Source of the DNA: Paraspadella gotoi
Lineage: Eukaryota; Animalia; Chaetognatha
Reading direction: 5' to 3'
DNA: 64,000 nucleotides
Assembly (NCBI GenBank): GCA_051294375.1
Contig: CM119265.1
Span: 27,446,219-27,510,218, forward strand
Position numbers and translations under genes: made by a program. Under the pieces are notes generated by a model. That model saw only the letters and a list, made by a program, of their open reading frames with translations. It did not search any database and was not told the DNA's origin. Each line of letters starts with the position of its first letter. Position 1 is the stretch's first letter. Below, piece after piece: positions 1-11,407 of this stretch.

Positions 1-129
1 GGAGGAAAAGAGAAAAGAAAAAAAATGAGAAGATGAAATCTTGATTCCAAGATGGCGACAAACGAAAACAAACGACGTCATTTCATTACAATTTCTTCAT
101 CGAAGAAATTTCTCATTTTCGCGAAGAAG

Positions 130-780
130 TAAAAGAAAAAAAAAGAAAAAGGGAAAAAAGAAAAAGGAAAAAAAAGAAAAAGAAAAAAAGAAAAAAAAAG
201 AAAAAGGGGAAAAAAAGAAAAAAAAGGAAAAAAAAGAAAAAGGAAAAAAAAAGAAAAAAAGAAGAAAAAAAAGAAAAAGAAAAATAAAAATAAAAAAAAA
301 TCAAAAAAATAAAAAGAAAAATAAAAAGGAAAAAAAAAGAAAAAAAAGAAAAAAAAAGAAAGAAAAGAAAAGAGAAAGAAAATTCTCTTGTTAAGAAAAG
401 AAAAAAGAAAACAAAAAGAAAGAAAAAGAAAATTATCTTGTTAATAAAAAGAAAAAAGAAAACAAATAAAAAGAAAAAAGAAAACAAAAAAAAGAAAAAG
501 AAAAATCTCTTGTAAAGAAAAAGAAAAAAGAAAACAAAAAAAGAAAGAAAAAGAAAATTCTCTTGTTACGAAAAAGAAAAAAAAAGAAAAAGAAAATTCT
601 CTTGTTAAGAAAAAGAAAAAAGAAAACAAAAAAANNNNNNNNNNNNNNNNNNNNNNNNNNNNNNNNNNNNNNNNNNNNNNNNNNNNNNNNNNNNNNNNNN
701 NNNNNNNNNNNNNNNNNNNNNNNNNNNNNNNNNNNNNNNNNNNAAAAAAAAAAGAAAAAGAAAATTCTCTTGTTAAGGAA
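130..780. repeat. A/G-rich low-complexity tract with recurring AAAATTCTCTTGTTAAGAAAAG motif
   Basis: The motif or close variants recur near 380, 430, 502, 555, 593 and 762, separated by (AAAG)-like runs. N gap at 634-743. Overlapping poly-K/poly-F ORFs are compositional artefacts. Confidence 0.85.
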
Positions 781-1316
781 TTTTCTCTTTGTTTTTATTG
801 TTGACGTTTGTCTCTCAGCCGCCGTTTCTCGCTTTCGATTTTACTTCATTAAATGAGACAGGTAGATATTTTTTTACACACGGTATTTTCCAACTGATTC
901 ATTTTATTTTTGCAAACGTTTTAATATTTCTGCTCGATAGATTTCTATCTATTGATCTCGAGTTCCATCTTTTAACTCACAATTCCATCTTGCAATCTCC
1001 CCACTTTTCACTTCATCTCATCATCTTGAGCCGAACTCCCGTCTCTTCACGCTTTTTTCCATCTCTTCCTCCCTCTCTCTCCCCATCTATTNNNNNNNNN
1101 NNNNNNNNNNNNNNNNNNNNNNNNNNNNNNNNNNNNNNNNNNNNNNNNNNNNNNNNNNNNNNNNNNNNNNNNNNNNNNNNNNNNNNNNNNNNNNNNNNNN
1201 NNNNNNNNNNNNNNNNNNNNNNNNNNNNNNNNNNNNNNNNNNNNNNNNNNNNNNNNNNNNNNNNNNNNNNNNNNNNNNNNNNNNNCTCTCTCCCCATCTA
1301 TTCCCCCAATCCTTAC

Positions 1317-1432
1317 CTATCTTCAGCGACAACATAACCATCATCGGTAAACTTTCCCACTTTGCTCTGTTTCTCTTTTGTTCCGCTGATTCGTCGCTCA
1401 AAACTTTAATCTCGAAATCGGAAGCGACGTCT
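1317..1432 (-). CDS. Internal exon of divergent XK-related membrane protein ((R)DVASDFEIKVLSDESAEQKRNRAKWESLPMMVMLSLKI)
   Basis: Acceptor ttttcttttcttgcag and donor ATAG|gtaagg; 116 bp, phase 2 to phase 1, no stops. Phase matches the upstream exon 3793-3976 (AG|A = Arg). WESLPMMVML resembles the XK-family ES.PQ..L motif. Confidence 0.75.
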
Positions 1433-1614
1433 CTGCAAGAAAAGAAAAATTAATTAATTAATATATTAATAGATTATCTCTGCAAGAAAAGATAATTTAT
1501 TAATACATTAATTTATAACATTGGTGGGGAATATACCACGCAGAAAACGACACCATACGCTACTTAGCTACTTAGCTACGTAGCATCGCAGTAGCATTAC
1601 AGTCAGTTTTTTTA

Positions 1615-1705
1615 TTATGGTTAGGAGTTAGCTTTGGACTTGGAGGGTTAAGAATTAGGAATTAAGGATCAGAGTTAAAGATTGGGTTAGTATCAGATTA
1701 GAGTT
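1615..1705 (+). repeat. Degenerate TTAGG(G)-like hexamer tract
   Basis: ggttaggagttag...gggttaagaattaggaattaagg...gggttagtatcagattagagt; about 6-bp periodicity, highly diverged. Confidence 0.55.
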
Positions 1706-3090
1706 CAATATACATGTAATTTTCCAGATTCGAAAACAGAATGGGCCGCTTTTGTAAAAGAGAGCCTAGGAGTGTCGGTGCTCAGAAAAGGACGGAGGAA
1801 TTTAAATGGGGGAATTTCGAAGGTAAAAACTAAAAAGTCTTCGTACAGAGAAAAAAAAAGTAGTTAATGTGCCAAACCAGGTTTTCGCTCGCGAAGGGAA
1901 AGTAAAAGCGTTTTATGTCTCGCTACGTTTCCCCGCTTACAGTGGGATTTTTATTTCCTTAAGAATAAAAGGTTTAAATGTTGTTTTTTTTTCGTTTAAA
2001 ACTCATGAATTTTGCCTCAAAAAATGTATTTTAGATATTTTTTGGGAGTATTTTCGAATCACAAAAGGAAAAAAAATTAAATAAAAAAAAAAATAAAACA
2101 TTTTTGATCAAAGTTTAAAGTCGTAAAATAACTCGTTTTAACTCCGTCCCACTGTGCATTTTGCAATGTACAGTAAAACGCGTTTTTTTGCCCATTTTAT
2201 CTGCAACGGACCCGACGTGAAATCCCGGAAATGGGAAAAGGGGNNNNNNNNNNNNNNNNNNNNNNNNNNNNNNNNNNNNNNNNNNNNNNNNNNNNNNNNN
2301 NNNNNNNNNNNNNNNNNNNNNNNNNNNNNNNNNNNNNNNNNNNNNNNNNNNNNNNNNNNNNNNNNNNNNNNNNNNNNNNNNNNNNNNNNNNNNNNNNNNN
2401 NNNNNNNNNNNNNNNNNNNNNNNNNNNNNNNNNNNNNNNNNNNNNNNNNNNNNNNNNNNNNNNNNNNNNNNNNNNNNNNNNNNNNNNNNNNNNNNNNNNN
2501 NNNNNNNNNNNNNNNNNNNNNNNNNNNNNNNNNNNNNNNNNNNNNNNNNNNNNNNNNNNNNNNNNNNNNNNNNNNNNNNNNNNNNNNNNNNNNNNNNNNN
2601 NNNNNNNNNNNNNNNNNNNNNNNNNNNNNNNNNNNNNNNNNNNNNNNNNNNNNNNNNNNNNNNNNNNNNNNAGCAGAGAGCAGAGAGCGAGAGAGAGAGC
2701 GTGACTTCCTCCGGGAGAGGCAGAATGCAACTGCGTTCGAGTCTTATCACCATAAAGTCTCAGCACCATAGCACCATGGTAACGCGGACGCTAATTACGT
2801 GCGAACCCATTTTAATTAAANNNNNNNNNNNNNNNNNNNNNNNNNNNNNNNNNNNNNNNNNNNNNNNNNNNNNNNNNNNNNNNNNNNNNNNNNNNNNNNN
2901 NNNNNNNNNNNNNNNNNNNNNNNNNNNNNNNNNNNNNNNNNNNNNNNNNNNNNNNNNNNNNNNNNNNNNNNNNNNNNNNNNNNNNNNNNNNNNNNNNNNN
3001 NNNNNNNNNNNNNNNNNNNNNNNNNNNNNNNNNNNNNNNNNNNNNNNNNNNNNNNNNNNNNNNNNNNNNNNNNNNNNNNNNNNNNNNNNN

Positions 3091-3126
<36 letters not shown>

Positions 3127-3792
3127 CTTAAATTCGTGAAACTTTTCTTAAAACTTTCTTTTATACATAGTACTTAGGGTCTGACTTTTCTTGAAAGTTG
3201 ATATTGCGTCTACATTGAACTTACCTTCACCAATGAGGTGATCCAATTTTCTAGAAAAAACTCTCCCTTTTTTTCTTCATTTTATCAACTTTCCTTCTTT
3301 TCCTTTTTCGCTTTTTATCATTTTTTTTCTCCCTTAAAACTTTCCCTCTTGAGTCACTTCTTTATTCTCTCACTTTTTTTTTCTCCTCTTTTCTTTTCTC
3401 CTTTCATCAACTTCTAATATGAAACAGTGAGCGAGGAATAAATATAATAAACTAAAGGAAAAGCTCACTATTATCAGGAGAATGCTTGAATTATATTCAT
3501 AAACTGAAAATATTATATAACCTTTGTTAAAAAAACCCGAAATATTTGAAAATTTACAGCTTAAAAGAAAACCGAATGAAAATATTCAAGTAGAAAACCA
3601 AGCTACTACAATATGCAAATGAGAATAAGCAACTTATTTCAATTCAATCAAAAAAAACCTCTTGCACTCTCTACATCCCTTCCTTTCTTTCTTTCCATCC
3701 ATTTCCATCATCTCACCTCCCTCTCTCCCTCCCTCTCTCTCTCCCCCCTCTCTCTCTCCCTCCTCTCTCTCTCCCTCCCCCACCAACCTCAC

Positions 3793-3976
3793 CTCCCTTC
3801 CCTCTTTCGCCTGATGACTGCGGCGATGATCCCGACGTCGTCCACCAAAGAACGGAAGTGAAAGACAGGCGCCGCCAGGATCGACGCTATCAGGCGAATC
3901 GGGAGGGAGAGGTGAGCCAGGCGCATGAACGCCAGACGCCATCCCGACGCCAGCATTAGGAGCGACATAACAATGC
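3793..3976 (-). CDS. Internal exon of XK-related protein ((G)IVMSLLMLASGWRLAFMRLAHLSLPIRLIASILAAPVFHFRSLVDDVGIIAAVIRRKREG)
   Basis: GC-rich island. Acceptor ttttttccattactcccccag and donor GGAG|gtgagg; 184 bp, phase 1 to phase 2, open and hydrophobic (TM-like). Phases fit both neighbouring exons. An in-frame alternative GC donor (AG|gcgaaa) lies 18 bp earlier at 3811/3810. Confidence 0.75.
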
Positions 3977-4521
3977 CTGGGGGAGTAATGGAAAAAAAGA
4001 GGGAGGAGGAGGAGGAGGAGGAGGACGAAGAAGAGGAAGAAGAAAACTACTGTTAGTTCTGACGGAGTCCGTACGATAAGTCTTACCAGTCTCACTCTTG
4101 TTCAAATCTTTAACCATTCCTTACTTTAACTTTATTATTTTATTTATTTGTTTATTTTACATTTATTTTTATCTGTTGATCATTACTCTTTTGGTTTTGT
4201 TAATATCGTTTTTGGTATTGATGAAATAAATTCACAAATCTTATTTCTTTTATTGTCCGTCTATCAATCTGTTTGTCCTAACTTTCTTGCTCGTAATAAG
4301 AACATTTTTACATTGGGACAACGTAATTGGCAAAGATAGAGTTAACTTAGCCAGTGGGTGGAAAAAAAATAACTTGAGGCATAAAATTGGGGAAAAAATG
4401 AAACTAAGAAAATTGAAAAAAAAACTTTTCAACTTTAATTTTTTTCCCCGTTTTTAAAATTTAATCTACTGTTTTTTTGGGTTTTTTTTGTCGAGGGTGA
4501 GCTTATATCGTAATCACAATC

Positions 4522-4560
<39 letters not shown>

Positions 4561-4749
4561 TTCTCTCTCTCTCTCTCTCTCTCTCTAATCTCTCTTCTCT
4601 CTTTCAATCCGTTTCAAAATAATCGTCACCATGCCTCCGCCATTCATATCGCCACGTCCCAACTGTCGTCCGCCCTCCTCACTTTCACCAAACCCCCCAC
4701 CCCCCTTCTCACGTGTGAATTCGATGAAGCGAAAAAAGAAAACTCTCAC

Positions 4750-4875
4750 CGTATTGTGATTCATCGAGGTAAACATCTCCAAACAGAAAACTGGTTCTGG
4801 CGGAGATCGCTGATTGGACGGCGACCCACCAATCAGAGCCCGCGTCGCAGATGGTGGCGGCGATTCCAATCAACG
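4750..4875 (-). CDS. Internal exon of XK-related protein (LIGIAATICDAGSDWWVAVQSAISARTSFLFGDVYLDESQY)
   Basis: Acceptor ccctcctcttcatctccag and donor ACG|gtgaga; 126 bp, phase 1 to phase 1. Hydrophobic helix with D-x-G-S-D-W-W-V-A, matching the D..SD.. first-TM signature of XK-related proteins. Confidence 0.75.
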
Positions 4876-4939
4876 CTGGAGATGAAGAGGAGGGGGAAAA
4901 GGGAGGCGTGGCAATTGATTGGCCAGAAGCGGGCGGAAC

Positions 4940-5033
4940 CTCTTAACCCATAAAGATGTCGTAGTCTCGTTTTGCTGATGGTCGTTTGTTTGTTGTCGTG
5001 GTTGCCCATGACAACCGCTCCCCCGCCAACCAT
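4940..5033 (-). CDS. Possible first coding exon of the XK-related gene (MVGGGAVVMGNHDNKQTTISKTRLRHLYGLR)
   Basis: Open frame with ATGs at 5033 and 5009. The phase-1 donor AG|gttccg is weak and gives a 64-bp intron to exon 4750-4875. An upstream acceptor ttttatggcag at 5073 is also in frame. Confidence 0.4.
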
Positions 5034-6151
5034 CGTTATGAAAATTATGAACTCAAGACGTAAACCCAACGCCTGCCATAAAATTTATTTGGTCATAATA
5101 ACGATCTTAATATTAACTTAGGTGTATGACATAATATTTTTGTCTGACAGTCAGTGTATCGGTCTGTCTCTTACTGTTTCTTTCTATCTCTCTCATTGTC
5201 TGTTCGTCTTTTTGTGAGCAAATCTAGTCAGTCCCTTTAAATGTTTGCGAGTCCGTTTTTTTTATGTTTCTTGTCTCTCATTCGCCGTTTTTATCTGTCC
5301 TATTCTAATATCTGCGTGACTGTCTGTCTCTCCGCCTGTCGGTCTCTCAGTTCGACGGTCTGTCTGTCCGTCTGTCTGTCGACGATAGAGGTTGTCTGGA
5401 AACTTTAAGCGAGGGTCGCATTCATCATTTCCAGTTATTAAGTTTCTCCCAAATGTGTTGAATTTGGTGAAAGAACTTCGGGCGGACGGGGGGGGGAGAA
5501 AAACTGAAAAAAAGAAGGAAAAGTGAAAAAAAAGAAAGAGGCAAGAAGAGGAATAAGTGAGAATGATAAATAAGAAGAAAAAAGGAAAATAAAAACAAAC
5601 ATAAAGCAAAATTGAGAGAGTTAAATACTAATTTAAATAAAGAGAACAAAAAAGCCAAAAAAAGCGAAGCGGTTCAAAAAATTAAAGAATAAAGCATTAT
5701 GATCTTAATTTAGGTACATTTCTCATTTTCTATTTTAAACATTACTCTGTTTTTACAATATTTGGTAAATAATTTCCTATACATATTCTTTTTCTTTCCC
5801 TTCTCCATAATAATTTTGATTTTCTCTTCATCCCTCTCCCCTCTCTCCTCTGCTCCACACCCCCACCCCTCCCTCCCATTCCTCTTCTCCCTCTCTCTTT
5901 CACCTCCCTCCCACGCAGGATTCCGGCCGATGTTCCGTTGGTTTAAACTACGCCATACTTCTCGTCCCTACCGATCCGCTTTGACTGACGACGGCGCTCA
6001 GTCGGCTCCAACATAATGAACATCTTTCAGTCGTGGCAACTACGGAAAAGCTTTAAAAAAAGGAGGAAGGGGAAGACATGAGTAAAAAAGTCATGAATAA
6101 AATAATTCATTAGTGGAGAGAGAGAGAGAGAGAGATGAGAAAGAGAGAGAG

Positions 6152-6191
<40 letters not shown>

Positions 6192-6778
6192 AGAGATGAA
6201 GTAGAAGAGTGGGGAAGAATATTCTCGTTCGTTTCGGTCGAGAAGGGAAATGATTTCGAGAAGAGAAGGAGACTCTCTCTCTCTACTCTCTCTCCATTCT
6301 CTCTTCGTCTCGTCTCGCTCTATCTTCAGCAAACAGGTACTGTCTCTCTCTCTCTCTCTCATACACTTTCTCGGCTCACTTTATTTTCTCACTTAAAATT
6401 ACGTAGCAAATATTTTTCATATTTTTTTTCTCTCTCTCTCTCTCTCTCTCCCCGTCACAGTCTCTCTTTCGTCGTTCTCTCTCTCTCCTTCTCTCTCTCT
6501 CTCTCTCTCTCTAATCTCTCTTCTCTTTCCTTTTTTTTTTCTTGTTTACAGTAGGGTTTTTTATTGGCCCATAACGACAGCTTCTCGCTGATCGTTACGA
6601 CTTGAGAAAAAAAAATCATTCCTCGGGAAAAAAAATATGTTTCCATCTCTTCTTCGTGAAAAACGTTTTACATAATTTTGTCCCTTTAATCTCGATCTAC
6701 AAATGGTGGATGTTTGAGTCGGAATTAATTATCAATTACATTATACATTATACATTACATCATTATCATTGATAATTT

Positions 6779-6959
6779 GATAGGGAAGTCAGGTACTCTG
6801 GGAGTGAATGAACGAGACTGTGAGAAAGTGAAAGAGTGAAAAAGGAAAGAGAAACTTTGGACATATCTATATCTATCACGAGATATTCACTTATCAAGAC
6901 CCAGCAAGCTTTCAATCAAGACAAGTTTATTCACTTCCAGAGTATCCGGCTTTCCTATC
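6779..6959. mobile_element. Small TIR element (MITE), ~180 bp
   Basis: Left gatagggaagtcaggtactctgggagtgaatgaac versus reverse complement of right end gataggaaagccggatactctggaagtgaataaac (35 bp, 6 mismatches, all transitions). Related sequence at 18735-18900, 31805-31950 and 48755-48890. Confidence 0.75.
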
Positions 6960-9900
6960 TATATTTTTTTAACCTTTACAAAGTTCACATCACAAAGTTG
7001 ATAAGCTCATATTAATATTATGACATATAAACAGTAAGTGTAACATATCATTTTATTTTTGCTTCATCGCTCCTTTACTGCTTAATTTCCGTGATTTGGT
7101 CCACTACTAAAACGATCAATACATTTGTTCGTATATTTGTTACAGGCATTTTTCCGTAGTACGTCTGTCCGTATTTAATCACCTAAAATCCGACTGCGCC
7201 ATCACGCCAAAATCGAAGAAACTTCGGATGCTAATTTGTTTTTTTTTTGTTTTTGTTTTGTTTTACTATTTATTGAATTTTTTTTCGTTTAAAATCCGAT
7301 AAAATTGATCCTTAGTTTTTAAATTTGTTCCCCCAAAAAAGCAGAACGAAAAAAAAAAAAACTGAACGTAATTAAACATCAGACGTCAAACATTTTTTTT
7401 CAGCTGTGATCAAAAGGCGAGGCAGCTGCTGCCGCAGCGGTCAGGGGGTCGCCGCCGNNNNNNNNNNNNNNNNNNNNNNNNNNNNNNNNNNNNNNNNNNN
7501 NNNNNNNNNNNNNNNNNNNNNNNNNNNNNNNNNNNNNNNNNNNNNNNNNNNNNNNNNNNNNNNNNNNNNNNNNNNNNNNNNNNNNNNNNNNNNNNNNNNN
7601 NNNNNNNNNNNNNNNNNNNNNNNNNNNNNNNNNNNNNNNNNNNNNNNNNNNNNNNNNNNNNNNNNNNNNNNNNNNNNNNNNNNNNNNNNNNNNNNNNNNN
7701 NNNNNNNNNNNNNNNNNNNNNNNNNNNNNNNNNNNNNNNNNNNNNNNNNNNNNNNNNNNNNNNNNNNNNNNNNNNNNAGAGAGAGAGAGAGAGAGAGAGA
7801 GATTCCCTGCGTTGAAAGCGAACGTTGGGAGAATGCGGCACACCGGGTCTGAGAGTGAACTAGAAGACCCACCGGGTCTTACTCTGAGCGAGGACACTCA
7901 CTAGTAATGTATCTGGAAAAAAGCGGCACACTGGGATTGAAGAAGATTTCGGTAAGTTTTAAATTTGACGGAAATTTTAAAGAATGTAAATAAACGGTGA
8001 TTGTTAAATTAAAAGGTAATTATGATAATTTATACAATTTTGTACAAGTTTTGTTTGAAATGTACTCTTACAAGTTTTATTACGTGAAAATAGGAATTTA
8101 TCTTCTAAATAAAGAGATAGGGCTAAAGTTTAATATTTATGCTGTAATGTTGGAAATAAACTTATATTTTTTAAAATAATTTTTTTTTTAAATTTCTTTT
8201 CCTAAGGGGAAATGTTTTGCCTCTGATTTGTTTGAGATGTTAGAGCAGCGAGAGCGAAGAAGGGAGATACAGACGGAGAAAACTATTTCACCGAAAATTA
8301 AGGGGATTCAATAGCGATAATAAAAATATCAAAACGTGATATTGTCAGATAAACAATAAATTTGAGTTTTATAATACTTTCAAAAGATATTCACAAATTT
8401 TACCACCTTGAAAAGAAATACCATAATCTCATATTATTATGCTTAAAATTATTATCTCAAATGAGTTTTAATGTAAAAACTTAAAGTGATATAATGTTTT
8501 AAAAAAATATTTACAAATTTTACCAATCTAAAAAATATATTATAATGAAATAATATTTAAAAAAAAATATTACAGGTTTCTAAAAAAAATACTGTAACAT
8601 CAAAGTTTTAATGTTATAAGTTGCGTAACTATTTTGTATATCAATGTATCCTGACAAAAGTTTAACATATAAAAAAATGTTCGAACTAAAGTGATGCAAT
8701 CACATCCCAGTTTCACAAATCTAACATCTATCTAATCCAGATGTGAAAATCGATGTCAGAAATGAAGAGACCGAAAAAACTTTTTTTTCTTCTAATCGAG
8801 TTAAGAATCTTCGCTGATGTGAAGTCATAAAAGGACGAATCACTTCGAAGCCTCTTCCCTGATTGGACCACGAGATTCCCCGACTCTCTCTCTCTCTCTC
8901 TCTCTTTAATATAAAATGATTTAATTTAATTTAATATAATATGATTTAATTTAATCTTCGCTTTTTAATTTTAAGATTATTGCTATTGGTACTCGCTTAT
9001 AAATAATTAATGTGAATGAAGCAGCAAGAAATAAAGAAAGAACTTCTACTGTCCCAACCATGAAACCTCTACATAATAAATAGTTTAAAGTATCTCCAAG
9101 ACTTATAACCCAGTCAGAAATACCCCGCCCTGGCGCGTACTACACCTTCGTCGCTTTAAAAATCGAAGGGTCTCGGGTTCGAGACCAGGTAATCGTCAGT
9201 ATTCGAGTTAAATCACCAAATTATTTGATTCTTGTTTTGCATAAAAAATATTCACAAAAGTGAACTCGGCCCGTGAGAAAAGAAAAAATGGTCAAAAAGT
9301 AAGTCGCACTCACAGCGTGAAAAAGGTCAGACGGAAACGGAGACGAGGTGAGGAAAGGTGAGTCAGTAACTCACCTCAGATGAGGAAACGATCAGACGAG
9401 GTAAGTGGCTCCGAGATTTCGCGGCTGCGAAATCCCTCGTTGCTTACGAACTGACCTCTAACGACTTTCGTTTAACTTACCTAATCTCTTATCTTATTTT
9501 TCTTTCCGTTTATGCTGAAACTTTCTTTCTCTTTTCAGTCAATATTATCTTGGTTTTTCTTTGAAAGAGAAGTTGTCCTCTTTCTTCTCTTTTTTACAAT
9601 ACTCTTCTATCTTTCCTCTCTTTTCCTTCCTCTCTTTCTCCATTCCCTCTCTCCATTCTTCTCTTCCCTGCCCCCTGCTTTCCTCTCCCTCTTTCTCCCT
9701 CTCCCTCTCTCTCTCTCTCCCCCTCATCTTTCTCTCTTCTTCTACTTAATTCTCTCCTGATGATTTTCGGCTTCACAAGAAAGGATTTTGGTTGACCTTC
9801 TCTCCCGATCAAAAATAACCGTGAAAAAACTCATTCCTCTCTCTCTCTCTCTCTCTCTCTCTCNNNNNNNNNNNNNNNNNNNNNNNNNNNNNNNNNNNNN

Positions 9901-11342
9901 NNNNNNNNNNNNNNNNNNNNNNNNNNNNNNNNNNNNNNNNNNNNNNNNNNNNNNNNNNNNNNNNNNNNNNNNNNNNNNNNNNNNNNNNNNNNNNNNNNNN
10001 NNNNNNNNNNNNNNNNTCTCTCTCTCTCTCTCTCTCTCTCTTTTCATTCCCTCTCATATGTAGATGAGACAATCTTGCAGAGAAGCAAGATGTCAATCCT
10101 GGGTAGGGGGGTAACAAGAGCCACATAGATCATGTGCCCTTTTTACGGAGTTGCTTACAGAAATTTTTTTCTCTTCGTCTCATCAAGTTTTTAACCAAAA
10201 TAAATTATTTAACATACTAATATGATATCAATATCGTTTCCAAAGTCATCTTAGACTAAGATTAACACAAGAAACAGTTTATGTTGACCCAGTTTTCGTG
10301 CAAGGTGATCAACTTAAACCGAGATCCTTCAAAGTGATCACGTGAAACTTCGTAATATTGAACGAAAAACTTTTAAATGAAACCAAACCAAATAAAAGTG
10401 ATTTAGAACTAAGACCTTTTGAGGTTGAACCAAGATGTTTTACATCAGTAAAACCATTTTAAAGATTTTGTGATTTAATAATATTCTGGTCATCTGCAGT
10501 TGACATTTTCAGGCCGGCCTTTTCACCGTTCTAGTCTTACTCCACGAGTGATCTTCAATCTAAGATCCTTCGAGTGAAACAGCTTTTGATCTTGAACCAA
10601 GAATGTCATTCAATCCCAAGTGAATTCCGATGATGACTAAAAAATTCACTCTTTCTTTTCACTCGTTTGACTTATTCTCTTCTCTCACTCTTCCCCCCCC
10701 GGTCTTTCTCTCAGCGAAATTCAAAATTCAGATCATTTTTTCCCATTCTCTCTCTCTCTCTCTCTCTCTTTCTTTATCTCTTTCTTTCTGTTTTTCTCTC
10801 TCTCTCTTTCTCTTTCTCTCTTTCTCTCTCTCTCCCTCTCTCTCTCCCTCTCTCTCATTTATTTCTTCTTCGCAAAATTTCCCATTCAAATTAGCCAAAG
10901 GAGCGACGCCTAAGAAATTCACTTCTCGAGTTTTTTTGGGAGGAAATGAATCGAGCATAAAAAAATCTTTTTTTTGAGGGGGGGCGGGGAGGTGGGTCGA
11001 GGATTAAACAATTTCATGCAAGATCAAAGTTTTTCGGCGGAGTTACTTTCGTACCGGGCGATCACGTGACTTCACAAGTATAATACATACATGACCTTCA
11101 AGCACTAACTAAAACGTATCAGTCGAGCTATAAGATCTCAAAATGTAAGAGGAACAGACAGACGGATAGTAAGACAAACAGACCGACCGACCGAAAAGCG
11201 AGTTCTTCTGTTAGAGTTGCTAAGCAAGTGCTTTTAGGGACAAAATGAATAATTTTTAATTGAATATATTATGATTTGAACATTATTTATTTTTTGAAAG
11301 TAAATATTGTTACGAGAGAAAGTGAATCAGAGAAAAATCTCG

Positions 11343-11407
11343 AGTCACGGCCAGTCACGGCCAGTCTCGGCCAGTCACGGCCAGTCACGGCCAGTCACGG
11401 CCAGTCA
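11343..11407 (+). repeat. 10-bp tandem repeat (GCCAGTCACG)n
   Basis: About 6 clean units running into an N gap; a noisy, longer copy lies at 19845-19995. Confidence 0.9.

Noticed and set aside
1530-1560. ataccacgcagaaaacgacacc resembling the 5' part of 5S rRNA
   Set aside because: The match is only about 20 bp and no downstream 5S sequence or box C follows.
2115-2800. Possible extra XK-gene exons at ~2130-2200 and ~2700-2790
   Set aside because: The required phase-2 frame hits stops or lacks donors, and the flanking exons already join in phase. Exons hidden in the adjacent N gaps cannot be excluded.
8790-8885. Minus-strand GISWSNQGRGFEVIRP resembling an HSF DNA-binding domain start
   Set aside because: Too short, with no splice acceptor and no continuation of HSF motifs.
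9160-9192. B-box-like gggttcgagacc (also gcgttcgattcg at 56650)
   Set aside because: No A-box or cloverleaf; at most decayed SINE remnants, not tRNA genes.
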